The notes under the pieces are model-generated. The model worked only from the letters and a program-made list of their open reading frames with translations. It searched no databases and was not told the origin of the DNA. A stretch of DNA of 64,000 nt from Thalia democratica. Taxonomy: Eukaryota. A program made the position numbers and the translations under genes. Where the stretch lies: the NCBI GenBank assembly GCA_965202585.1, contig OZ241831.1, positions 49,910,001-49,974,000 on the forward strand, written 5' to 3'. Of this stretch, positions 1-11,277 are shown piece by piece; the first letter of the stretch is position 1, and each line of letters opens with the position of its first letter.

Positions 1-65
1 TAATAACTAAATTTCATCAATGATAAGCTAAGTAAGTATTTAGATTTTTGCAATAAGAACTTATC

Positions 66-613
66 ATGCGCCAAGGTGGCCAAGTGCGCCAAGTCGCCAA
101 GTCGCATTGTCTATTGATTTTATGTTGCTATAGAAATTCATTAGAACTCATAAGAAATCAATGCGTTTCGACACTGTTTCGAGGTCGTATGTTCATCGTT
201 TTCATAAACGCCTCTTGTTTTCTTATCGAAGTAGCTATGCCGAAGCTAGTATATATACGCGTCAGTTCGGTTGGAAGTGTGAATTTGTGTGCAAAAAGTC
301 CAGAGAAAGAGAGCTCATATATTCGAAAAGAAGAGAATTATGCAAATTTTCGGACACAATTTTTTAATGATTTTGAGTCTACACCTGAAAGAGTTAGTGA
401 AATCGACTGCGCAGAAACGAGTTTCACCGAAGGGAGTTTCTTCGACAAAGCGGCGTCCGGATTGGTTGAAATAGAGCGGGAGTGGGGCAGGCGACGGGCG
501 TTCAAGAGGTACCTCGAGTCGCTGCTGATCCATTGCGAGAAACTGAACAACGTCAGAAAGCACCACGAAAAGTACATCGCCGAGCAGAAGAATTTCAAGC
601 AATTTTGCCGCGG
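66..613 (+). pseudogene. Truncated array unit (U0): leader plus first ~200 bp of the core, broken after ...TTGCCGCGG
   Basis: Near-identical to the array units until 613-616, then unrelated AT-rich sequence. The track ORF 66..635 ends in non-homologous residues (VIVWAI). Confidence 0.9.
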
Positions 614-623
614 TGTAATTGTG

Positions 624-661
624 TGGGCAATATAATATGGGCAATTATTAATATGGGCAAT
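624..661. repeat. Three short direct repeats (TGGGCAAT) at the U0 breakpoint
   Basis: TGGGCAAT at 624, 638 and 654. Confidence 0.8.
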
Positions 662-1588
662 ATAAACTAAAAAACTAAACAAAGTAAGAGAAAAAGAACG
701 TTGTTTAAACTTGAAAAAAATTATTTAGAACAAAGAAAAAAGTGTAAGGGCTTTTATTAAAATATTTAAACTCTATATATAAGTTATAATATTTTAAAAC
801 GCTTAAAACTATATTTTTCTTTACTGAAAGTGTCTAGTTAATAATAACTAATTAATAAAAAAAAGATTGTACAAACCAAACAAATATGATCATAAGTGTT
901 GTTTTCCAAAACCTAGCCATTAGGTCACAATATAGTTTAACCTAACAAAAATTTGTTACCTTAAAAAATACTGTATTAAGTTACTAAAAAAAAATAAAAT
1001 AAAATTCAAAAACACTAACTTGTTACTTAAAAAAGTAATAAATGTACTATGCGAAAAACAAGTATTTAAACTGTAAACTTTTTCTATTTTATTTAATAAT
1101 AATGCAGGCAAAACTTAAAAAGTATTATTAATATCAAATACCAAAGTACAACTGTATGGTTTCAAGATTCATAATTAAAAAGTAAAACTGAACAGCTTTT
1201 AAGAATGAGTAGGCTGAAGCAGTAAGTTTTTTAATTAGTTACTACCAAATGATGAATTTCATTGTTTTGAAAACGAGATAAATCAGTAATAAATCAGTAC
1301 TTCAATAACTTTTGAAACCATAAACCATTTTTCTAATAATTATCAATATTTTACCCAAATAAATACACCTTACCTAAGCGTGTAACAAATAAAGATAAAT
1401 ACAATAATTTAATATTTCAATAGTCAAAATAAACAGTAATTAATATAAAACTAATTAAATATCATTAAAAATGTGTACGTAAGTAAGTACGTATAAATAC
1501 ATAAGTCATATAATTCTTTTAAAACTAAATTATACAAGTTTTATGTATGTACAAACAAGTAATGAAAAAAAATTGAAGGTAAAATATT

Positions 1589-2323
1589 GACTCTCTTGAG
1601 GTAGCCTAGTAAAATATTTTCAAGAGCAACATTTGAGCATCATACGCGTATGCTTGATGTTACACTAGTAAGAGAGACGCTTTTGTGCGTTCGGTCGACT
1701 TGAAGCTTAGGGATTTTATAATGTGAAGGCTTGTATGCATTTAACGAAGAAATCCCTGGACGTCGAGACGGGTAGGCGTCAAGTCGTCGAGGCGGGTTGG
1801 TTGGTGGCAGAGATTCGTTATAGCTTGAGTCGACTGGCCGTCGACTTAAGCTGCCATCGAAAGGCCGTTAAATCGGCCAAAGGTCGTATAGCAGACCTGA
1901 TTGAATGAGTAAGGAGGGAAATTAGAGCGAGAGAAGGCAAGTACCGTCCAAAAGCAGCCATAGAAGCCGGCTCTCGCAAGCAGTAAGCTCTGACATGATT
2001 CAGCCCAGTTAAAAGTACGTTTGAGTGCATATATATGAATGATTGAACCTGTGCATTTGTAAAGGTGAAGCTTCAACCGGGCGACTGAAGCAGGGAAGGC
2101 GAGTTAGAAGAAAGTGCACAGGCGAAAGGCGAAGCACTCAAAATGTGACAGGCAGAGAAGCGGCTGCATCTCACAGTCGCTTTCACGTTCAGAGGTAAAA
2201 TAAAGCAAAGTATTTTGTGAGGGAAGCAGAAGCTTTGAGAAAATAATTTAAAAACATGGGAGGGCCTGTTTTTTCGAAAAGTTGTCGGATGCAATTTTCG
2301 AATGGAAAGTGTAGGAATGGTGG
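1589..2323 (+). ncRNA. Candidate large structured RNA, family unassigned
   Basis: GC-richer than its flanks, with no credible ORF. Many helices: 1591-1597/1670-1676, 1709-1716/1750-1757, 1822-1834/1840-1852, 1863-1867/1874-1878, 1881-1885/1894-1898, 1927-1933/1971-1977, 2020-2028/2134-2142, 2048-2055/2115-2122, 2158-2166/2174-2182. The non-Watson-Crick positions in these stems are G-U on the + strand. Confidence 0.45.
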
Positions 2324-2437
2324 AATATGGAAAGAAAAGATTGAAAAAAAATTCAGCAAAAAAGGCTCCGATTTCGCCCGCGGGCGAAATCGGAGCCTTT
2401 TTTGCTGAATTTTTTTTCAATCTTTTCTTTCCATATT
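2324..2437. repeat. Perfect 114-bp palindrome (57-bp arms, no loop) centred on CCCG|CGGG
   Basis: 2324-2380 is the exact reverse complement of 2381-2437, including homopolymer lengths. Confidence 0.95.
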
Positions 2438-2443
2438 TTTTAT

Positions 2444-2630
2444 AAAGACGCTCGTCGAAAGATGAGCGTCTTTTTTTTTGCTCAATTTTTTTTCAATCTT
2501 TTCTATTCATATTTTTTCAAAGACGCTCGTCGAAAGATGAGCGTCTTTTTTTTTGCTCAATTTTTTTTCAATCTTTTCTTTCCATAATTTTTCAAAGACG
2601 CTCGTCGAAAGATGAGCGTCTTTTTTTTTA
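2444..2630 (+). terminator. Three 75-bp-period repeats, each a 13-bp hairpin with GAAA loop followed by a T-tract (intrinsic-terminator-like)
   Basis: AAAGACGCTCGTC-GAAA-GATGAGCGTCTTT at 2444, 2519 and 2594, each running into a T-tract. The spacers match the right arm of the palindrome. The terminator role is inference. Confidence 0.6.
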
Positions 2631-3178
2631 CCGAAAGTTTTTTTTGGTTCTGGTTGTATTTTTAACAGTCAACTAACTGTATTTATGAAAATAAATTTTT
2701 TCATGTCTTAAGTTTCTAGAGGGTGCCACCGAAGGGTTAGCACCTTTTATTTACCAATTTTTTAACTTTCTTCTTGACTGAACCAATAAAAAATCCCCTA
2801 ACCTAAAACTGATTGATAGTCGCTTAAATATTTTTAATTAATTAGTGTTAAATTTTTATTAAATAAAGCTATAAGCATGATGGTTCAAAGCTTCTTTTTT
2901 AAATCATACAATTAACTAGATATTAATGAACGAACGAATTTGTATAAAGTTAACCCGGGGTTTTAAAATGACAGCCTTTTATTTAGTTTTTTATGTTATA
3001 AATATGGAAATGGTAGTTTATTTAATTATAATAGTTTTTACTAGTATAAAATACAATTAGTACTAAAACGATGATATTTTTGGCAAGGGAAATAAATCGA
3101 AAATTGTTAAAAAAGTTTAACAAATTTCGATACTTGCACTTATCATGTATGTTTTAGTTGATAAATTATTTTAAATTA

Positions 3179-3196
3179 ATATATATATATATATAT
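3179..3196. repeat. (AT)9 microsatellite
   Basis: Direct reading of the sequence. Confidence 0.85.
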
Positions 3197-5724
3197 AAAT
3201 ATTTTCAATTGCATACAATGTGCTATGAAGATCAAAAATTAAGTAACAGACTTTTGGATTTTCACTTAACTATGTCTATTTTTAATTGGTCATTTTAGTA
3301 AGCGTTTCAAATACAAAATATGATTAAATATTACATTTTGAACATTTTTAAATAGAAATAAATAACGTTCTTGTAAACATTCAATTTTCAAGTATTTAAG
3401 TTCTAGTTGTTTATACATAAGTATTTGCATATTAAATAACTTTTTTTAAAGCCCGTGATTTGAATCTTATTTGCATTGAATTATATTTATTTAATTTTAC
3501 ATACTGAATAGCGTTTTGTGGAAAAATATTCAAGTTGTCTTAATTTTTTTATAAAGGTAAATTACAAAATAAAATTCAACTTTTATTACTAAATGTATTA
3601 AACAGACTTCAATCTACTTTCTAAAAATTTTATTAGAAACGATGATGTTTATTAAAGTTTGAACCTCTATTCGGGGTTTCCCCAAATTTGACAACACATC
3701 CCCTCTAAACCATTTTCGCTATCATGGGCGTAATAAGTAGGGGGATGAAAAAAGTTTTGTGATTGGATACATTATAAAAACTAATCATTTATCAAAAACA
3801 GTTCAAGCTATAAATGGTTTTGGTAAAAAATTACGATTTTGAAACGAACCTGACTTTAAATTGTTTTAAACTATTTGATATTACATACTAACTAGCATTT
3901 TGTAGAAATATATACAAATGTTAAATACATTTACTAAAATAGAAAGCTGAGTCACTTAAAAAAGATAATAACTATATATAACGCGAACAAACTTGATATT
4001 TAGTTGATAAAAAATCCGTATATGTCTTATGCAATACAAAACTCAAAAACCATTAAGAAAACTGACCAGCGTATCCTTGATTACAGTTGGAATTATCCGA
4101 TCTTATACCAATAAGGACTGAAGACTTTTTGTACATTTTGTATGCACCCATCGATCTAGAAATTTATTGATTAAATTTATTTTTTTATTTCATATATAAA
4201 TTTATACAAGTATTATCATTTGGAAATTTATTACTTGTTCCTTAACTTTTAATTGTTATGAAATCGATTGAATTTTATTTTATATGAAAATTTTTAGAAA
4301 CAAACTTAGATTTAGAGAAGCAATAACTTGTCAGAATACTATTTAAATACAATAACCTCTCTCAAATCTATCCACTCTCGTTTTAAATAGACTTCTTAAA
4401 ATACGCAAAAAGTATACTTAATTTAAACCTTTTAATGTACCAACAAATTTGTTGTATGTTTTCAATTAACAACAAAATGCTTTAAAATAATATATTTGAT
4501 TGTCAAAATGTACATCTTGCAAATATTCAGTTGTTTTAACTTTGTAATATTGTTACATTCTCACGTTTAACTACAAAATTTTGCTGACAAATGTGCGTAA
4601 ATTCGCGAGAGTTTACTGTAATGTATATACACTAGCTATATTTAATACTTTAAAAACTTTGACATATTTAACAAAAACATTCTAAAATTAATTTCTAAAA
4701 GATTAACACAGTACAGTGCTTTCTCACTTATCCGGTAACGTTGGGTTATTTTGTAAACTTAATCGGATATTTATATTACGCAATGCACACAATAAAACAA
4801 ACACTAAATTTAATACAGAAAGTCATAAAAGCTTGCAAATGAACAATAAAAAACTTGTTAACTTATTGTGCGCCAAAACTATTATTTAACAATATTAAGT
4901 TTGAGAAAAAAATTTAAACAATGAGGTAACTATAAACTTATTGCCTAGTTGTAAAAATTGATTTTATCGTGTATTTGAAGTAAAACACTTTAAATTTTAA
5001 CTTAAATAAACTGTTAGTGACGCATTTGTACAAGATTTATATCAGCCAGAATGAACCCAATAAAATTTGTAATGAATTACATTCACCTCTCACGAATCTA
5101 CGCACTCATTTGGTTACGCACTCTCATTTAGTTACGTATTTTAGAATTCTTAAACAGTTGTAAAAATAAGACATTTCAAAATTTATAGATTGTATATAGA
5201 GTTTTAATTGTGAAAATAGATAAACGTTTTTTGACTTTTATTTAATCCAATATTTAATTCGGGCATTATCAACAAAGTTGAGATGTTCGTGCCATCAACA
5301 ATAAATAATAAACTCCACCACACGACCAACAACAACAGCATCCGAGACAACGTACGACCAGTTTCGTCCTTATTAGTACTCATCAAGCAGGCGTAGCCGC
5401 GAGAAACTGCTGTTGAGATCATTGTTTATTAACATGATTTTACTTGAAATACCTTTTTTTAGAAAAATAAAGCGCCTTATACAACAACTAAGTGCAAAAC
5501 ACAACAAAAAATATTAAAAGACCTAGGCATTATAAAAATTTGTATTTATCTAGCTCTCATATGTATCTAAATGTACGAAATAATCTATTTCTGAAAAAAA
5601 TAACTATTGGCGCGAGTTAAAATACAAATGTACATTAATATGATTTAATGATTAATGTGATGTAATAGTCTTTAAATAAAGTTTGAGTGTAAATTGTACA
5701 CTTAAAAAAGTATCCAGTTTTTTT

Positions 5725-6056
5725 CTGGGTTGTCAAAAGTTTTATGTAAATGCCATCCAGGTTTAAAAAAAATTAGTTTATCGGACCACTTTAAAGTATA
5801 AAATTAAACTTAAGTTTAAAAAAATATCTTAATATTGAGATAAAAAGATACTGTAAAACGTTCAAATAAGTTTTTTTAATGAAGAATAAGTTTAATGATA
5901 TAAACACTTTTTATCCAACTGAAATTTCCTTACTTTTTATATAAAATAGTTTGACATTTCTGATTTTTTAGTGATTTTAGTTAGAAACTCGACGTTTTTT
6001 TGTCTAATTTGTCAAATTCCTGGTTTTTCCTATTTTCCAGGTATTTTGCAACACTG
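5725..6056 (+). mobile_element. Degenerate MITE copy 1 (same family as 9650-10011)
   Basis: Left end CTGGGTTGTCA and right end TTGCAACACTG. The 3' ~55 bp (ttgtcaaattcctggtttttcc...ttccaggta) aligns to 9958-10011. Confidence 0.5.
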
Positions 6057-6637
6057 TTTCTTGATACAATCTTTTTAAAAATGACACAATAATGAATAAC
6101 TCTTGAAAAACGTAATTAAAGTACATAGAGAATAGAAAGCAAAATCACAACGATATAAGTAACATAGTCCTTTGAATAATCATTTAACATCATAACAAAA
6201 AAAATTAAGACAAAACATAACAATAACTACAGTGGATTTCAGACTAATTCACACATAATTTTGTATATAACCTTAAACAAATTTAACTCAAGCTGTCAAC
6301 CCTACAACAAACTATTTAATAACTTTATGCTAATAAGAGTTAATAAAATAATTGAAGAAAAATATAAAACAAAAAACAATCACTTTTAACGATTAATTAA
6401 AGTTTTACATAACTTGAAATGACTCAGATTTTAAAACTGAATAAACAAACGTTTAAGAAAACACTCAACAGTAAATTCATCTAAATAAAGGTACCGGAAT
6501 CAAAAACGAAATTGACAAACAAAAAACATACAAACTACAGCCGTAATCTGTTTTAAAAATTAAATTGAAACATTAGGTACAAACTTAAACTAAAGGCAGA
6601 ACAGTTTTGCTTTTAATAATGAATCATATAAACTTAC

Positions 6638-6661
6638 AATCTGTCTTATTATCTTCTCAAT
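6638..6661 (-). CDS. Possible small exon (IEKIIRQI) of a minus-strand spliced gene
   Basis: Acceptor cttttaaaattAG, donor GTAAGT, phase 0/0, compatible with the exon at 6824-6908. Confidence 0.25.
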
Positions 6662-6823
6662 CTAATTTTAAAGTTAAAAACTATTAGAAGCTTATACCTT
6701 ATTATTTTCTTAGTTACAGCTAAGAAACTGATCTATTTCTTTTTTTAAGTCTACTAATGAACATGAATCTAAACATATTTGTACATTTTTGTCTTGACAG
6801 TTTACTTCTAATACTTAACTCAC

Positions 6824-6908
6824 ATTTTCGAAAAAGACAGTTGCAAAAATCGTCTGGTGCCCATGGATTAGTGAATCTTTCCAGGTTCCATCCAATATCG
6901 TCACTGCT
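6824..6908 (-). CDS. Probable minus-strand exon (AVTILDGTWKDSLIHGHQTIFATVFFEN; weakly MORN-repeat-like)
   Basis: GC-richer 85 nt bounded by the acceptor gttttattttaacAG and the donor GTGAGT. Two frames are open. Confidence 0.4.
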
Positions 6909-8608
6909 CTGTTAAAATAAAACTATATTACTTACTATTGTTACTCAAAGTTAAACTTTTTCAAAGAAGGTAGTTGAAATAAGTATGAATTTTATTTTTA
7001 ACATTATAAAAAAAAAATACATAAGTATAAAGATGACAACAAACAAAAAATTCAGATTTTCTATTAATTAAGCTGTGAGAGATGTTGTGCTAGTTTAATT
7101 ATTATGTAATTTAAACATAATTTTGTTGCTGAATGTTTTATTCTACAATTTTAATTTTGCCGTGAAATTTAATGTGCAAGTTCAGAAATAGATAGGACAC
7201 CAATTTAATTACTTTGCACACTACCAAGTAGTTATATAAAATAAATTGTTTAAACTTTTGATTGCAAGGAAAATACTTAAAAACCTGATGGAAAAGAAAT
7301 CAATAACGTTTTGATACAAAAAAAATAACAGAAATACATAACAAAGTTTGTTAAAGGTTAAGTAAGTGATGAACTAGAGCAGGACTTTAAGTGATAACTT
7401 ATCAGTCAATTACCAACAACTTTAAGCACTAAGGGCAGAAGAAGCAGTTTAGATCATAAGATGTATTGCATGCCAAGACTTAAAAACACTTCTTTATTAA
7501 AAGACCATGGCGTTTGAAACATTCTAACAGACAACTTCGAGGACTTCAGTTAAAAAATAACAAATAGAATAACGCAAACACCATTGAATAAACACCTTAT
7601 CTTACAACATAAATATTTTATTCTAAACTGATTTAATACTTAAACACTTATTGTAATGATAGGATAAGTAATAAAATAAATTGTTTTGCTAGTTTAATAA
7701 ACTAAAAAAAAATCCAAAAACTAAGCAAACGGAGAATTCGGAAGTACTTTGTAGAGCAATGAGTGGCTTGAATAAAAAAATAACTAAAAATATATGTTCC
7801 TTCATTTTAGTTTTAAGTAATTCACTTCAAATTTTCAGGAAACATCCCTTTATAATATTGCGATTAAAGTAAAAGAGGTGGAATTATGAAAAAAATATAG
7901 ACGAAAATAGATAAAGATTTTTTTTTCTAATCAACAGATCAATAGAAAATCCTTTTTTACCAGTTGTTCAAAATTTATTAAATAGTTCTCAGAACAGTTT
8001 CTGAAATGATTGCTCAAAAACTGTAGGATGAGAAATGTTTTAAACGAATTAATCTACTTTTAACTTTTTAATTTGCATCTCCCACTAGGAACCTAGTAAA
8101 CTCTTTAACTTTGATCTTTTTTTTTATCAAAACTACTTAAATTTCTTGAAGTCACTGGTAGCTTAATCATTTATGTAAAAAAAAACATTAATCCAAAGTG
8201 TTTAGCCCCTGTGCCCTTAACATTATATTTAATTGATGAAGTAAAAATACTATTTTGCAGTTTAATATCTAGTAGAATATTACACATATGGTATAATGTT
8301 ATTAAACTTAAAATTCATGATTCTGATTAATTTATATACCATTAAGTCTAGTCAGGTTTATTTGTGTTTATACTAGTTATCTGAAAGATTATAAAATTTT
8401 GTTAAGCTTAAATAAAAGAAAAGTGTTCAAACACTTGTGGCTAATAATAATCTTAAAGCTTCTTTAATAAACACAATAAAAATATTTTCTGTAATTTGTG
8501 TTTAGAAATTAAAAAAGAATTTACTTTATTTTAGAAATTAAACTTTAGATAGACTTTATTAATTAACTAACTAATAATGAAAAGGTTGCAGTCAAAAGCC
8601 ATCTCAAA

Positions 8609-8640
8609 ATGGAGTTAAGATTTTCAATGTCATCACATTT
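8609..8640 (+). CDS. Spliced gene A, exon 1 (MELRFSMSSH); may extend upstream to the acceptor at 8591
   Basis: ATG at 8609, donor GTAAGC at 8641, phase 2 matches the next exon. Confidence 0.45.
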
Positions 8641-8827
8641 GTAAGCTGTTAAAAAATAATTAGTTTGCAATGTAAAAGTGAACTAAAAGGTAATATTTAA
8701 AAATTAAGCATTGCCCTTAAAACATATGAGAACAAAATCTAAAATTATATTCAACAATTTGAAGTGGAGATATACTTCTTATCAGAATGTGATTTGAATG
8801 CAACTTTTGATTTAAACGTTGTTTTAG

Positions 8828-8884
8828 AGCAGTGCCTTCCAAAGAATGGGAAAAATTGTCTTTTGTGAGGATTGGCAATATAAA
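8828..8884 (+). CDS. Spliced gene A, exon 2 (AVPSKEWEKLSFVRIGNI)
   Basis: Acceptor ttgttttAG, donor GTAAGG, phase 2/2, open. Confidence 0.6.
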
Positions 8885-9210
8885 GTAAGGGGGTCAAAAA
8901 AAAGAGATTTAAAAACATTGTTTAAATATCATTGTTAACTCGATTTGCTCAAACAAAATTTAACAACAATATCTTAAATGTCATAATTTATATATAGAAG
9001 AGTCGTTATATTATATTATAACTAAAGATTTTAGTTATAAATATTAAATAATAAATCAGTTTTAATTTTAGAATAAATTTACAAATACTTTTATTCAATA
9101 AAAAATATTAGTATACAGAATTATCGACTATATAAAACTTTCTTATGAGTATATGTCTCTGCCAAACTAATTAATGAAATAATTATTAGTTGAACAAAAA
9201 ACTTAAAAAA

Positions 9211-9587
9211 CAGTTTGGCCACAAGTTTTTTTTTTGAAATTTCTTCAAGGTTCTTAAAAGTACACAATTTTTTGTATATTTTAAGTTTGAAATAAAGTTT
9301 AGGGTAAAGAACTGTCTATCATTATTGAAAAGATGTGTTAAACCTACTTCAAATGTATTTTTTGATGAAAAAAGCTTTTGATGATAAGAAATTTTGTTAT
9401 CTAGACCATAGGTTTTTTTATCAAACTGAAGTTTTACTACTTTACATGTTAACAATTTTTTAATTTCCAGGTTTTTTAGTGATATAAGTTTAAAATTTCC
9501 TTCAAGATTTCTCAACTTTCAGGTTTTTTTAGCCTTAACTGTCACATTCAACATTTTTCTAGGATTCCAGGTTAAGTGGCAACCCTA
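9211..9587 (+). mobile_element. MITE copy 2 (hAT-like terminus)
   Basis: Ends AAGTGGCAACCCTA. The interior aligns with 9650-10011 (e.g. ttcaaggttcttaaaagtacac vs ttccaggtttttaaaagtacat) and has CCAGGTTTT subterminal repeats. Confidence 0.6.
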
Positions 9588-9649
9588 ATTCTTGATGTAG
9601 AAAAAAGTCTGTCCTGAGAATTTTAAAAGTCCTGAAACTATCCTGAGAT

Positions 9650-10011
9650 CAGGATTGCCACTTGTTTTTTTAATTTTTTTTCAGGTTTTCCAAGTTTCTT
9701 CCAGGTTTTTAAAAGTACATATTTTTGGGTCTATTTTTAGTTTTAAGTTAAGTAAGTAAGGTAAGAAAACTGTGTTAAATTGTATAAAAACATCAAAAAG
9801 ATACTGAAAGCTACTTTTATTCCCTTATTTAATATAGAAATTTTTTATGATGACAAAAAATGTTTATCTATGCAAAATATTTTTTGTTTTAAATTAAACA
9901 TGTTAAAACTGTTTAAAATTCCAGGTTTTTTGCTTAATATTCCAGCTTTTTTTTTGCCCAAATTGTCAAATTCCAGGTTTTTCAAGGTTTCCAGGTAAAG
10001 TGGCAACCCTG
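9650..10011 (+). mobile_element. MITE copy 3, 362 bp, 14-bp TIRs (hAT-like)
   Basis: CAGGATTGCCACTT...AAGTGGCAACCCTG (1 mismatch) and multiple CCAGGTTTT repeats. No clean target-site duplication is visible. Confidence 0.7.
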
Positions 10012-11223
10012 TGAGGTTTTCATAAAAAATCATAACTGTCCTCAGTCATCCTGGATTTTAAAAAAGTTAAAATATTCTGAGTTACCATAAGTCATTCTGA
10101 GATTTACTAGGATTATAAAATATCCTGAGTACCCTAAATGTGTGGCCAACCTGTCATTTTCTTGTTCATTAAATGTTTTAGCATAGTGGTTATAAAAAGA
10201 CATAAACTTTTTGACTATTATTGTTTTTACAGAGAAAATATATTTTCTGAATAATTGTGGCATGTAACTTGATTAGTATCAGCCATTAAAATTGATTTAA
10301 ATTTGCAAAACAACTAGGAATTTTTTCTGACCATTTCTAAATTTAAATACGAGGCTAATTAATATTAAAATATAAAACAGTTATGATTAATTTATAAAAA
10401 ATTTTGATAAAATTATTCAAATAAAATTATTTTATCAATTGTGTGTATCAAATAAAGATTTAAAGTACATTATAATGATATTTACTATTAAATTATAGAA
10501 AACATTACCATATCACAATATTTTTGTTATCATTAATATTAAATACAATGATAATACTTACCTTTGTCACAGATATAAAATGGATGGCACCTATTTTAAG
10601 TCTATTTACAATATTTAGACTAGAAAATATGTGGGAAATAACAAATAGTCTCAAAGCAGTCGTGATAAACTAGGTACTTCAAGGATAGAAAATAAATTAT
10701 TTTTATGTTTTAACAAACCATAAACTAAAAATATTAGCTTGTCAATTAGGATAAACCATTTTTTGTACATGTTTAAATTAAAATAATAATTTGAAACAAT
10801 TTTTTACATGCAATTTAAGTTCTTTAATGTTCAACTGATTACTCTAGAATAAGTTACTAAACTGAGTTGTAAAAAATTTACGACCGTATAACAATTGCAT
10901 AAAAGTTAAATGTTTTACGTTTTTTATTTTTACGTTTTTCTAAAATATATTATTAATGATTAGTTTGAAGTTTGAAACACTAGAATTTGAAAACGCTAAA
11001 AACGCAGTACATTTGTTGTATTTTAATTTAAATAAACCATGCTGACTCAAAAAAAATTCAAAAATTTTGTACAGACGACAAAAGCAATAATAATATCCTA
11101 AAAAAATTGAACTTTTTATAAAATTGTTGTCAAATGGCTAGAAAAAAAATAACGCGAAACTTTGTTTTATTTTAGTTTGAAATATTCGGTAAAAAAATGA
11201 AAAAGTCGGTAAAAGTTTTTTAG

Positions 11224-11277
11224 AGCCAAGCCTGTGCCACGAGACAAACTCAAGTTGTTAGTTAGAAGCAAGTTTAA
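11224..11277 (+). CDS. Spliced gene A, exon 3 (AKPVPRDKLKLLVRSKF)
   Basis: Acceptor aagttttttAG, donor GTAAGC. Only one frame is open and it is phase 2/2. Confidence 0.65.

Noticed and set aside
1589-2323. RNase P RNA, telomerase RNA, group I/II intron or rRNA identity
   Set aside because: Only isolated look-alikes (GAAAGTGC-ACAG, AAAACATGG, GTTCAGAG, CAAGTACCGT). There is no GAGGAAAGTCC/P4 pairing, no CCCTAA or CCTAA template, no canonical P7 or domain V, and no rRNA universal motifs.
1723-2587. Short ORFs over the structured region and palindrome
   Set aside because: Short, alternative starts, and explained by higher GC content and repeats.
2444-2630. CRISPR array
   Set aside because: The 'spacers' are near-identical to each other, there are only three units, and no cas genes are present.
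4081-6260. TA-CAGT starts (4082, 4715, 6228) resembling Tc1/pogo TIRs
   Set aside because: No matching partner ends could be identified.
9186-10263. Track ORFs of 62-109 aa
   Set aside because: Low-complexity K/F/N-rich translations of MITE sequence.
10562-10619. Minus-strand exon (LNIVNRLKIGAIHFISVTK) with AG/GTAAG ends
   Set aside because: Lies in an intron of gene A and is not phase-compatible with the preferred frame of the 6824-6908 exon. Could be chance.
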